Assembly: GCA_002269645.1 (NCBI GenBank)
Contig: NIVC01000346.1
Span: forward strand, 237,081-301,080
DNA: 64,000 nucleotides
Reading direction: 5' to 3'
Source of the DNA: Macrostomum lignano
Taxonomy: Eukaryota
A model generated the notes under the pieces. It saw only the letters and a list, made by a program, of their open reading frames with translations, did not search any database and was not told the DNA's origin. Made by a program: the position numbers and the translations under genes. Positions 11,552 to 23,434 of the stretch are shown here, in pieces (position 1 is the stretch's first letter; every line of letters begins with the position of its first letter).

Positions 11552-13151
11552 TAGCTCTAGCTTGCGGAGTCCATCAATTTCGGTTAGCCCGATGCGAGTG
11601 AATGCTAGAGAGGAATTGGGAATTCACTGGACAGTTTCAGCTGTTCCAAAACGAGCAGCGGCCCCATTGCTATTACACCCAATGTATAATATCATGATCA
11701 TTATTCAATATCCAAAATGGTCAGACTACTGATGCAGACACGGCTGGATTTTGGACAAGGGCCAAAATAATCGGTCAAAATATCTTCATATATTCGTTCT
11801 CAGATTCCATGGCAAAAAGGAGTAAGAAAAGGCAGCAGGCAGTGAAACAGTAAGCATAAATTTAGAGTGAGAGCAGCCGGCTAGGAACGGGGTGCTGCGA
11901 CAAGCAACTGTCAATCAGTCTACGTCCAGAATTCGGGACAGCCGTCGGCAACAAGGGTGATGCCAAGCAAATACCAGTAGTTTTAAATAAGCGCCTCGAC
12001 ATATTTTAGCTTGTTACAGCCCCCCCCCGTAGCCTATTTTAATAAGGTGGCTCAATACTGTGTTAAGTAGAGTCATAGTAATTTTATTGGGTTGCATTAT
12101 ATTACACTAAGTAACTATTTTTCTTAACTAAAGTCTAGTTTTGTCTAAGTAAAATTGCAGCAGCTTTAAAAAACCGTCAGCAAATACTCGCCGTTGGTCC
12201 TTATTCCTCAATCATACTGAAGTTCAGAATTTGCATACAAACATTTATAGCTGCAAATTCTGCGCCGAGAAAAAGTGCAATTGCTTGCAATTGATCCAAA
12301 TCAAACCATTTTGTGACGTGAAAATCTAGAGAACAATCTTTAGTACATTTCGTTCTTTTCAGCGTCCTAAAATGAAAAAATGTAAATGATGGAACCAGCG
12401 CTTCGTTCCTAATCGAGGTTTGCATATATCGTTAGCGAAGACTAACATGTACGAAGTAAAAAAGTAACATGTACAAAGTGAACTCCAGCCAGCGGAAGCA
12501 GCTGTTTGAGAGAGAGCTCAGACAGACTTTATTGACACGGAAAATGGGATGATAGTAATCGGCAGTGTACAGCAATGTTTTTAGTACAACCGGTTGGTAG
12601 GCGATAGTCCCTGTGTCAGCGCAAACATAATAAATTTTGGCTTTAGAAATAATTATTATGAACGCAAATTTATAGTCATTTGCGATGCTGAGAATTTACG
12701 CGACTTTTAGCACTTTGGAGAAATGCGGCCAGCTCTGTACTTTTTTATATGCACGAGCAGGTGGTAGATCGATTTCTGAATATTCTCTTTTATGTCTGTC
12801 TCGGCAAGGACCAATCTAACCACAGGTCTCTGAATAATTTAGACCCCTGCTACACCCTACAGATGTATTGAGTCATCGGATTAAGGGAAAAGATGAAATT
12901 CTTTATATGCGAGAGCATAGCGCATTCAATATTCATAATACCGACAGTATGATATTATTACATTAAGTTCAATAGACCTAGCACTGAGATCTGTTTCACA
13001 ACAGCACAATATTGATGATTTTAAGAGTGTACGCTCTAAAAACTGAATAAGAAATGCAAACATGCTCATCACCTATCACCAACTTTGAGTGGTCGCAAAG
13101 GAAATTGCTTCAATAATCAGTTAATTAGTGAGATAGTACAAGGCTGTTCCA

Positions 13152-15741
13152 TCAGATCATTCCTGTCTGTTGCTGCAGTTGCTGTGGCACCAGCGAATTG
13201 TCAGCCACTTCAGCGCAGCCTTCCGATGCTTTGCTCACCTTTTTCCTGTGCCGCTTCAGCAAGCAAAGTTCCAGTAGTTCAACGGCAAAAGCGCAGGTCA
13301 GACCCAGAGTGAGACTGCTCAGGCCGCCAACTTGACTCATCAGCGCGCTGAAGCTCAGCGACAGCGTCTCTGTTTTCTGGATGGTGTTTCGTGTCTGCCT
13401 CCGCACGGTGATGTATGCGAAGTCGCGACCGCTTGGCTCCAGCACTTGCGGTCCAGATATCGCCGTGAGATTTTCCGCCGTTAGGAAGGCGCGCAGCGAG
13501 TTCTTCGCCGACTGGATTGAAGCCTCAGCTTGGCGACGCTGCTCCGACGATGCGGTCAATTCGGCCAGTCGTTCCGAGGCCTCAGCCAAATCGCGGAAAC
13601 TTTTAGCCTGAAGGGCCAACCAGTGCAGTTGCCAGTCTGCCGCACGCCAGATTGTCTTGGAGGAGACCATCTCAAAGTCGTGATAGTGGCAGGGCTTAAG
13701 GCAGTGCGTGTCGCCCAGGTTTGCTCGCAAACTCGGCAGGTTGAGTGACTGCAGACAGGCCCGACTGCGCAGCACTGGCTCCACGCCACGGCGATAGTCG
13801 CCACAATACGGATGCGTTGCATTTGGTGGAGTCTCGCGCAGAAGGTCGGCAAAGTGGCAGCCGCAGGCTTTCAGCACTATCCTGCCGAGCTCCTGGCGCA
13901 AGCAGCCCTCCTGCGAGTAGGCAAAGTCACGTCCGAGGTCCAACACGCGACGCGATGAGGCGAGGGTTTCAGGCAGGCAAGCATCAGTCGGACTGCCAAC
14001 CTCGATCAGGCGCACAGGTTGGTAAGCCATCTCGACCATCTTGCCCGGCGCCACGTGAATGCCTCAGTCGGTTGGTTCGGGGAAGCGATCGTGCTCCTGC
14101 AGCTGCACACGGAAGCCGCTAGCCTGCTGGAAGGCGTCCTGCACGAAGGCCTGCTCGTGCGGATCGGCCCCGTGTTGGTGGTGGCTGTCGGTGACTCTCA
14201 GCACTACCGTAAGCGAGTCGATAGTAGGGGTGGCCTGCGATGGTTTGAGTTTCAAGCGGGAATCTAGTTCCTATGGCACAAATACCCTGACTGTGCCTAC
14301 AATAAACCGTGAACAGTGGAGCTTGAGCAATCATGACAATTTTTTAGGTCAAATATTTTTGTTTTCAAGTTGATAAATGGGACAAAATGACCGCTCACAA
14401 TACAATCACTGCCACTCTCACCAAGCTCTTCAGCGATTAAAATTGAAGGTTCCCTAAAAATTTGGACGTGTCAGAATTTAAATCGAACCACTTCCGGTCC
14501 CGGCACACCAGTCAGCTGTTGCTACATCTGGGCAGCGCTAACACAGCTCTCAGCTTTATAATAACTATGTGCTAAATATTGAAAAATTCTTAAAATACAA
14601 AATATTCTCTTCAAACAGGTTAACAGTGTGATTACAGGAAAATTTTCTTTACTTTCAATTCAAATTGAAAGTTCAAACCTGTTCGTCGAGGATATCTTTG
14701 GTCAGAACAATAGGTCGTCTTTCTTCCCAATTTTGTTCGTACTAATAATGATAATAATAATTGATTACCCCTGCCCTAATGGCCAGATGTGCAACCGACA
14801 GCTCAGCCGCAGCTATTGCGCGGCGCATCTGAAGGCTGCGTACGGCTGTTCAGTCCAAAGACTGGGCGGTCGCCACACACACCCTCAATTACCCCAGCTA
14901 ATGCTGGCACCCATTTTACAGCTGGGTAAACTGAAGCAATGCAGAGTTAAGTGTCTTGCTTAAGGACACAAATTGTTCCAGTGGGATCGGGAATCGAACC
15001 CCCGGACCTTCAATTCGTGAGTCCGAAGCTTTAACCACTAGCCTACAACCCTAAGTCTTCCCAACTTTGTTTTGTACTAGTTAAATCAATAGTTGATTCG
15101 CACACATTCAGCACGCAGACACGAGTCCAATAACAGGTCGCACCTGCACTCACTTGAACCTGGAAGCAGTTGAAGTAGTCCGGCAGGCTGATCAACTTTA
15201 GCAGCGTAGCGCAGCCGTCTCCGCTGCTCATCTCCATGAACGAGCCCGTGGCATTGATGCAGAATATAAATAGCTGCTGGGCTGTGTGGCTCAGCTTCTC
15301 TGCGTCATCCGGCTCCAGGTTCTGATAATAGACCCGCTTGGAATCGCTAGCCAGAATCTCTTCGGCGCCAATGTGATCCCCCGCGTCGAACATCTTCAGC
15401 GCGTGGGGGCGCAGCATTCTAGAAAAATTGGTCGGCGACAGGATCTGGCCGCTCTGCCAGAGCTTGCGTCCGCTCTCTGAGAACGGATAGTGACCGCACA
15501 CGGTCACCGCAGGCCAGCTCAGCCCCGGATCATTCAGCACAACCGTAGTCTGGATGACCGTCTTGTAGCTCAGGTAGTCGGTAACGATGAAGCAAACGCA
15601 GGTGACTAAGAAGGCGGCCATTGCGGCCACGTAGGCGGTCCAAATGCAGCGCAACGGACGCGTTGGTGCTTTCACAGTTTTGGCAACCCCGCGAAGCGAG
15701 GTGGCCGTGCAGAACAGCTCGAAGTCCTGGCGCAGACCCAT
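13152..15741 (-). pseudogene. DEG/ENaC/ASIC-family ion channel gene, 2 exons (15741-15154, 14270-13152), ~568 codons, with a premature TGA at 14066-14064
   Basis: TSLRG pre-TM1, TM1, WPAVTVC, Cys-rich thumb (CLRQ..CGC..YC..CLKPC) and LMSQVGGLSSLTLGLT TM2. Phase-0 donor CAA|GTGAGT and acceptor CCATAG|GAA. ORFs 14064-14255 and 13152-14054 are in the same frame, separated by one TGA. Confidence 0.85.
14745..15051 (-). mobile_element. tRNA-derived CORE-type SINE, family A, copy 1 (in the ENaC intron)
   Basis: A box TAGGCTAGTGG, B box GGTTCGATTCC, CORE-like TGTGTCCTTAAGCAAGACACTTAAC...CTGTAAAATGGG, AT-rich tail. Near-identical to two other copies. Confidence 0.9.
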
Positions 15742-16392
15742 CGTGGGCAAAGTTTTCCTGTCTTCACCCCCCCCCCTGGGACTCGAAGCGTAATTCAGGC
15801 AGAGTGTAACAGAGCTGAAATATAAGCTAAAAGGGATTCCTCACACGCAGGGGTCACGGTGGGGCGGTCGCACTGCGGTAGAACCAATGGCGGTCGGTTC
15901 CCTTAAAAATATCGGTATAGAGGAGCATTAGCATTGGTCAGAGGAAGTGAAGGATCAACAGCTTTTTTATATACTTTAGACTTGGGCAGCGCAGCTGAGG
16001 GCAGAGGTTGATGGCAGTAATTAATTAAAACCCAGAACCATGCTGCCACAATGCCCGTCGTGTTAGGGACTGCAAGCGTCAGCTCCCAAATAATTTATTT
16101 TAGCACTGACAAGACAGATTGCGGGCTTGAACTGCTGGAAGGGGCAGAGAGTCCCAACTCTCAAATCAGCAACGAATTCTACGAGTTGTACTCTAAATAG
16201 GCTCCTGCATTGGCCTTAAACTTTTCCAAGATCGTCCTAGTCTCACTACTATTCGAAGTAGCAAACAGATCTCAATGCTCAAAACGGTGATGTCTGTTTG
16301 TTGGCGTTATTCCAAAATGTACACCTTATTTTAATAAACTTCAGCGTCATTTTTCGTATTTTAAATAAGTGAAAAACTTTATTTTCCCCTAT

Positions 16393-17142
<750 letters not shown>

Positions 17143-18224
17143 GGTTTTGTGAGGTAGTGTATACTTTTAATCCATTCTTCAAAAAATTTGTTTAAACAGT
17201 ATTTTCGAAAATTTATGCATAAAAAACTAGAAATAAACATTTATGCGTGCATGTTGCTACTGCTTCACCGAAAAGAGTAGCGAGATAAAGATTTTGAAAT
17301 AGAAACCTGAGGAAATCAATTTTTTATGAACTACTTTCACCTTTTGTTTTTGGAAGAATTCAGTAAAGCATATGACGTGATTCAGTTGAAATGACCAGCT
17401 GCAGAATTTCATTGAAACACAATCTGCTTAAAGCCCTAGTTATTCAAAACACTTCGCCTATCATACCGGCTTTCTGCAGTATTAGAGAAAATCCTTGCGT
17501 GTCACGACCAGACAGAAAACTATAAATGTTTTTCTTATAAAAAATCGAAGCTATAAGGCAGGCAACTGTTTGTACGGAGCAGCCCGAAACACGGCAGACT
17601 GAGATGAAGGGTGTTTGCCTAATTTTTTCTATCAGTCAAAGACACGCAAGATTTTCTCAAGCGGAAATGTTGAGTGTCTTCAGAAGAGATTCTCCAGTGG
17701 AACAGGGGGGCCGGGCATCGAGAGGGGAGAACGGAGCATACGCTTGGCTCAGTGCCAAAAACCTCATGGCACATCGCCTTCCCTGAGGCGCTCCAATCAT
17801 TTTAGGCCCCGCCGTTCTCACTATGAGCCTAATGGACCGAAAACCGGAGCTGCAGGAAAATCTTCAGTGATTCCATAAGCCTGTTCTTGAGCAACTTTGC
17901 AACAACTGATGCTTCTTTAATCTGATCTGCTTCATTTTTCTCCATCCAATTTAGCCCGTACCCCGCCTTCTTATCCCCCACCTCTAATCTGATTGGTTGA
18001 GCAATGAGTGCTTCTGTGAGGCAGATATTAACAAGCTCTTGTAAGCAAATTCCAAACATAAAATACTACAGCTTCCTTGCTAGCTGTCAGGGTTCTGTCA
18101 GTCAGATGCAGCAAGCAATGATTCCCAGAAGTCCCAAATTCGCGTTGAAGGTAAGTTGACAATTTAATTAACTGTAAACTGTATTTTGTTGCAGTTGACC
18201 CTATAGAAAATATTAAAGATAACG

Positions 18225-18420
18225 ACTTATAGAAGCTTCTACAGGCTTATAAAGGCTGTTACAGACTGGTTACAGTCTGATATAGGCTAGTAGAGACTGA
18301 TACAGGCTTATACAGATGGATACAGGCTTATACAGACTGGTAGAAGCTTATACAAACTTATACAGGCTTACAAAGATGATACAGGCTTAGATAAATAGAT
18401 ACAGAATTATTCAGACTATT
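18225..18420. repeat. Degenerate 10/20-bp tandem repeat (TACAGGCTTA/TACAGACTGG)
   Basis: Direct reading of a 10-bp periodicity. Confidence 0.75.
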
Positions 18421-18480
18421 GAGATAGATCTCATTGGCAAAGAACTGTATACAGTTATTTTATTGTATATAAATTCTAAC

Positions 18481-18780
18481 GGGGTTGTAGCCTAGTGGTC
18501 AGAGCGTCGGACTCGCGACTTGAAGGTCCGGGGTTCGATTTCCGATCCCACTGGAACAATTTGTGTCCTTGAGCAGGACACTTAACTCTGCATTGCTTCA
18601 GTTCACCCAGCTGTAAAATGGGTGCCAGCATTAGCTGGGGTAATTGAGGGTGTGTGGCGACCGCCCAGTCCTTGGACTGAACAGCCGTACGCAGCCTTCG
18701 ATGCGCCGCGCAATAGCTGCGGCTGAGCTGTCGGTTGCAGATCTGGCCGCCCAATTGGGGCAGGTGTAATCAATTAAAAT
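18481..18780 (+). mobile_element. tRNA-derived CORE-type SINE, family A, copy 2
   Basis: GGGGTTGTAGCCTAGTGG A box, GGTTCGATTTCC B box, CORE-like segment, same 3' body as the other copies. Confidence 0.9.
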
Positions 18781-19787
18781 AATCAATTGTGTATAGAACT
18801 GCATATTCGCATTTTTACCTAAATATGCTACTGATACAGACCAGTAGTATAGAGCAGTTTACAGCACAAGCAGTCAGTTACTGAATCCCTACAACTGAAC
18901 TCTGGGTAAGCAAGTGATCAGAATCCCGAGGCCGATGCACCGATCTCAGCAGTTCAACATGATGAGGAAGGAAATTTGATCCGCAGAAATTCGATTACTT
19001 TACCCTTGGCGAAAGACCGGGTGAGTGCTGAGGGGGGGGGGGGGGGGCAGCTCCCATCGTCGAACCAGATGCTGGCCAATCGAATGCTTCTAGTAGAGAT
19101 GCTTTAATGCTCGGATTTTCTGCTTCTGCTGTTGATCTTGCTTTCTGTGAGTGAAGGAGATAGGCGAGCTGCGACAAGCTGGGTGATGGCAACCAGTGCT
19201 CTACGATCGGGGCTGCAGGTAAGCAATGAAACCAGAGTTTTGCCAGTTGACACCAAAAACGAACTACATGAGTAGTATGAGTTTACCGCACTTGCACTGC
19301 GGAGATAGGCGGTAATGTAAAAGAATAGGAGGGTGTAAAAGAGCCAGCTGAGATAGCCAATGGAAATAAGTGGCGTGGGGTGGGTGCGATTTGCTGGGTG
19401 GCGGGTGGTGAAACGCTTATGCAACTCTGCCGCACTATTTGTCAGTGGAGTGAAATAGATAAGAGAGAGGCTCTGGTCTTCTTGGGTGTCTGCCTCTGGC
19501 GCACTGGCATTGTTAAGAAATGAGCAATAAACTTTGTGACGGGTTGTGCTGTGGGGTGGGCTTCTTGCTGCTCTGATATGATTGGAGGGGGTAGTGAATG
19601 TAACAGTACGAGCGTACTTGTGTCATAGCATATAATAATACATAAATAAAAAATACGAGAGAAGAAATGAACAAGATAAGGACCCCTAGTGGTTCATATA
19701 TATATATACGAGTATACAGCAATTAATCCGAGACCTGGACTGACTTGGACTGCTCTACTTTCACAAGCAATCATAATAGCATTGAAA

Positions 19788-20705
19788 ATGAAAACAAAAA
19801 GCAAGACTGAGGCAAGCCTCTCAACTTTTGAAGTTTGTCTAAGCTGCGAAAAAAGTGTTCTTGGAGCACTTAAGGCAGGTCGCCATCTAAACTGTAAGCG
19901 CTGTACATGGTCTGTCTGCTGGCAGTGTGGCATTATAAAGCCTGGGAAAAATATCTTGGCCTCTCGCTATCGAGGACACCAGCTGCTACCCTCTGGTGAT
20001 GAAGGGATCCGCGATTTGCGACGTGATGTTTTCCAAAAAGCGCAGGAGCAAGAAAAGAAGCAGGCTGCGAGAAAGCAAGTTCTTAACGAGGTCATCAACG
20101 TTGTAGTCGCAGAAGCCAATAGCAATGATGATTTTGTCGGCCGTGGAACTGCACATCATGCCGTTGAACCGCTTGTTCGCCAGCCGCCACATACTCGGGG
20201 TAAACAGCTCAGGATGGGCAGCCCCGATATGAACTTCAACGAGGAGCCCAGTGACTATGGAGATGATAATGACCAGGCATTCGACATCAACGAGCAGCCG
20301 CTGCCTGACACCAACGATCAGCAGCTGCCTGACGCCAACAAGCAGCCGCTGCATGGTGTCAACGGGCAGCCGCTGAATCGTGTCAACGGGCAGCCGCTGA
20401 ATGGTGTCAACGGGCAGCCGCTGAATGGTGTAAACGGGCAGCCGCTGAATGGTGTCAACGGGCAGCCGCTGAATGGTGTCAACACGCAGCCGCTGAATGG
20501 TGTCAACGAGCAGCTTGCAAGCATCAATAACATTGGTGAACAGATGGCCCAGCCAAACATTATTGAAGAACCGGCTGGATTGGATTTCCTGATGGAGGTA
20601 TTGGGAGACGGTGAATTGGAAGCTGCTAACAATATCGTAACTCGATACCAGCTGCAACTCGTGCTGCCACCAGTACAACTGTCAAAACTTAACTTAGCTG
20701 AATAA
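19788..20705 (+). CDS. Element ORF1: N-terminal Cys-rich zinc finger (CxxC...HxxCxxCxxxxCWxC), charged helix, and 8-aa repeats (GQPLNGVN)
   Basis: Intronless ORF with the first ATG at 19788 in the frame of the 19689-20705 ORF. TA-rich TATA-like tract near 19697. Confidence 0.6.
   Translation: MKTKSKTEASLSTFEVCLSCEKSVLGALKAGRHLNCKRCTWSVCWQCGIIKPGKNILASRYRGHQLLPSGDEGIRDLRRDVFQKAQEQEKKQAARKQVLNEVINVVVAEANSNDDFVGRGTAHHAVEPLVRQPPHTRGKQLRMGSPDMNFNEEPSDYGDDNDQAFDINEQPLPDTNDQQLPDANKQPLHGVNGQPLNRVNGQPLNGVNGQPLNGVNGQPLNGVNGQPLNGVNTQPLNGVNEQLASINNIGEQMAQPNIIEEPAGLDFLMEVLGDGELEAANNIVTRYQLQLVLPPVQLSKLNLAE
20295..20510. repeat. 24-bp coding tandem repeat (GGGCAGCCGCTGAATGGTGTCAAC), about 9 units
   Basis: Direct reading; in frame within ORF1. 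Confidence 0.9.
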
Positions 20706-21851
20706 AATTAGACAAAATCAAACCAAACTGAATTATCCATTGAGTCTCATCAGTCTCATCCAACCTCCAGCTCAGATTCAAAACGCTGCTGAGACACCTT
20801 CATTGTATCCTGCCTGCGCAGAGGATATGGCAGTTTCCGCTTCCGATTGTTCTCCACCTCAGCGGCATGAGCCCGGAATCGTAGGAGGTTGCGCGCCTGT
20901 CGAGTTAAGCGGCTAAATATGTTTGCTTGCGCCTCCTTGTGATTTCAATTAGCCTTTCAACTTTACTGGCTTTACTGTTCAATCGAAAGCTTAGAACACA
21001 AGTTCTTGTTCGAACGATAGTTGTTAGGCCGCCAGTTTTCTCGCTCGCAAGTTGGCCCATTTCTACTTTTCCGCACTTATATTTATACAACAAAATTTGC
21101 CTCAGTCAGCGTTATTTCAAACCAATAGCAATTGTAGCAAAAGAGTTCTAGATCAACGCAATTGCAAGAAAGTCTGGGAATTATTTCTTTGGTGCGAAAG
21201 TTTGGATGCCTGCATGCCAGTTTCATGTGAACAGCGAAATTGGACACCGCCGTTGTGCGTCATTCGGCGGCTCCAAACTTTTTGCGGTTGCAGCTGTATA
21301 TCGATGTCGCAGATTTTGGGCGCTGATCTCAGCAGTTTTCGTGAGAACCAGACGTTCAGACGTTCTTAGTGCAAGCCAATTTCAGCCGGCTAAACTTTTC
21401 TAACTTTCACTTGTGCCAACTGTGAATTGGCTATCTTATACCGATTTGAACTGTACTGCTTTGTGCGTTTGGCTGCTCAATTTTAGCTTACCATTTTAGA
21501 CCCTCCCCCTCCACTGAACTGATCGATTTCTATTTATACGTACAGTACTTCTTCGCAATGTACATCGTTTGTCCTAACTACATGTACTCACTTCTATAAT
21601 ACAATATAAAGGACCAACGCGTCAGTTTAGAAACGCTGTCTACAACTTGCGGCTCAAGCCAATTCAATCGCTTCGTCTCAATCTCACTTCATCACACAAA
21701 CCATTGAGCGTGGGAAGCACAATGAACTCCTGCTGAACTGGTCTTGCTGTCCAGCCTCGCCAGGTGACTCGACCAAGTGACACGACCAGGTGACACGACC
21801 AGGTGACCTAGCCTATCCCCGTTCCTAGACTTATGAGCATTTTCTTATGGC

Positions 21852-22502
21852 TCATAGGTACCACACCGGATCCTGCTGCAGGTCCGTGTCCTCCGCCGGG
21901 ATGTTCCCAGTCGATGTGCCGGCTCCGGCCAAAGGTGTGGAAGTCACAACCTCGATGTCGGTTGTCATCTCCGATGGTGAGCCGACCTCCTCCTCGCCTT
22001 CAGCAGCCTCAGTCTTGACCGGCAGTATGACGGTGGCGTCTTCGTCCTCATCTTCGGATGAGCTCAGCTCGTACTTCGCCCCCGCGCCTTGGTAAGGCTC
22101 TGATAGCAGCTGGTCTATCCAGTCCGAAGTCTGCCACAGCTTCTGCCAGAGCTTCGGAGACAGCGGCACGGTGTTGCGCTTCATAAATTCCTCACAGCAG
22201 TCCTCAGGCAGCCGCTTCAGCCAGATGAGGCCATCCTTGACTTGAACAAATTTGTCGAAGCCCAGCTTGATGACCTTGACCTCGTTGTTCAGAGCCGACT
22301 TCACCAGCGAGCGCTTTAACTCATTTAGCTTCGTCCACTGCTGCACATTCAGGTTGAAGCCAGGAACACCAGGCTTGAGGCTTGCTGTGCTGCCATGTCG
22401 GTAAAACTTCCTGATCGCGATGTATTTCTGGCCTTCGAATTCTTGCACCTGCACTCTGTAACCTTCACTAATATGCACTCTGTAACCTTCACTGATATCC
22501 AT
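21852..22502 (-). CDS. Element ORF2: PC4/Sub1-like ssDNA-binding protein (one clear and one degenerate PC4 domain) with an acidic tail, 216 aa
   Basis: YRVQVQEFEGQKYIAIRKFY...LKPGVPGFNLNVQQWTKL matches the PC4 pattern V.V.EF.G..Y..IR.YY....KPG..GI.L..EQW..L. A second copy is DKFVQVKDG..IWLKR...NTVPLSPKLWQKL. Confidence 0.8.
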   Translation of the reverse strand: MDISEGYRVHISEGYRVQVQEFEGQKYIAIRKFYRHGSTASLKPGVPGFNLNVQQWTKLNELKRSLVKSALNNEVKVIKLGFDKFVQVKDGLIWLKRLPEDCCEEFMKRNTVPLSPKLWQKLWQTSDWIDQLLSEPYQGAGAKYELSSSEDEDEDATVILPVKTEAAEGEEEVGSPSEMTTDIEVVTSTPLAGAGTSTGNIPAEDTDLQQDPVWYL

Positions 22503-23434
22503 AGTTCACCTGAACTCTGTAACCTTCACTAATATCCATAGTTCACCTGAACTCTGAAACCTTCACTAATATCCATAGTTCACCTGCACTCTGTAACCTT
22601 CACTAATATCCATAGTTCACCTGAACTCTGTAACCTTCACTAATATCCATAGTTCACCTGAACTCTGAAACCTTCACTAATATCCATAGTTCACCTGCAC
22701 TCTGTAACCTTCACTAATATCCATAGTTCACCTGCACTCTGTAACCTTCACTAATATCCATAGTTCACCTGCACTCTGTAACCTTCACTAATATCCATAG
22801 TTCACCTGCACTCTGTAACCTTCACTAATATCCATAGTTCACCTGCACTCTGAAACCTTCACTAATATCCATAGTTCACCTGCACTCTGTAACCTTCACT
22901 AATATCCATAGTTCACCTGAACTCTGTAACCTTCACTAATATCCATAGTTCACCTGCACTCTGTAACCTTCACTAATATCCATAGTTCACCTGCACTCTG
23001 TAACCTTCACTAATATCCATAGTTCACCTGAACTCTGTAACCTTCACTAATATCCATAGTTCACCTGAACTCTGTAACCTTCACTAATATCCATAGTTCA
23101 CCTGCACTCTGTAACCTTCACTAATATCCATAGTTCACCTGCACTCTGTAACCTTCACTAATATCCATAGTTCACCTGAACTCTGTAACCTTCACTAATA
23201 TCCATAGTTCACCTGCACTCTGTAACCTTCACTAATATCCATAGTTCACCTGCACTCTGTAACCTTCACTAATATCCATAGTTCACCTGAACTCTGTAAC
23301 CTTCACTAATATCCATAGTTCACCTGCACTCTGTAACCTTCACTAATATCCATAGTTCACCTGAACTCTGTAACCTTCACTAATATCCATAGTTCACCTG
23401 CACTCTGTAACCTTCACTAATATCCATAGTTCAC
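22497..23434. repeat. 37-bp tandem array, about 25 units, each a copy of the first 37 nt of the PC4 ORF
   Basis: Minus-strand unit ATGGATATTAGTGAAGGTT(A/T)CAGAGT(G/T)CAGGTGAACT. Period of 37 counted directly. Confidence 0.97.

Noticed and set aside
14064-14066. Selenocysteine codon in the ENaC gene
   Set aside because: The position is not a conserved Cys in the family, and no convincing SECIS was seen downstream by eye.
14628-14963. Similar ORFs 'CNRQLSRSYCAAH' at 14628, 18476 and 24075
   Set aside because: Antisense translation of the SINE copies.
18064-19218. Candidate 5' exons of the coiled-coil gene (donors at 18152, 19020, 19219), which would place the Polinton-like element in an intron
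   Set aside because: Good donors, but I could not build a phase-consistent, stop-free chain. Needs cDNA.
22497-23434. CRISPR array (37-bp repeats)
   Set aside because: The units are head-to-tail with no unique spacers, the context is eukaryotic, and there are no cas genes.
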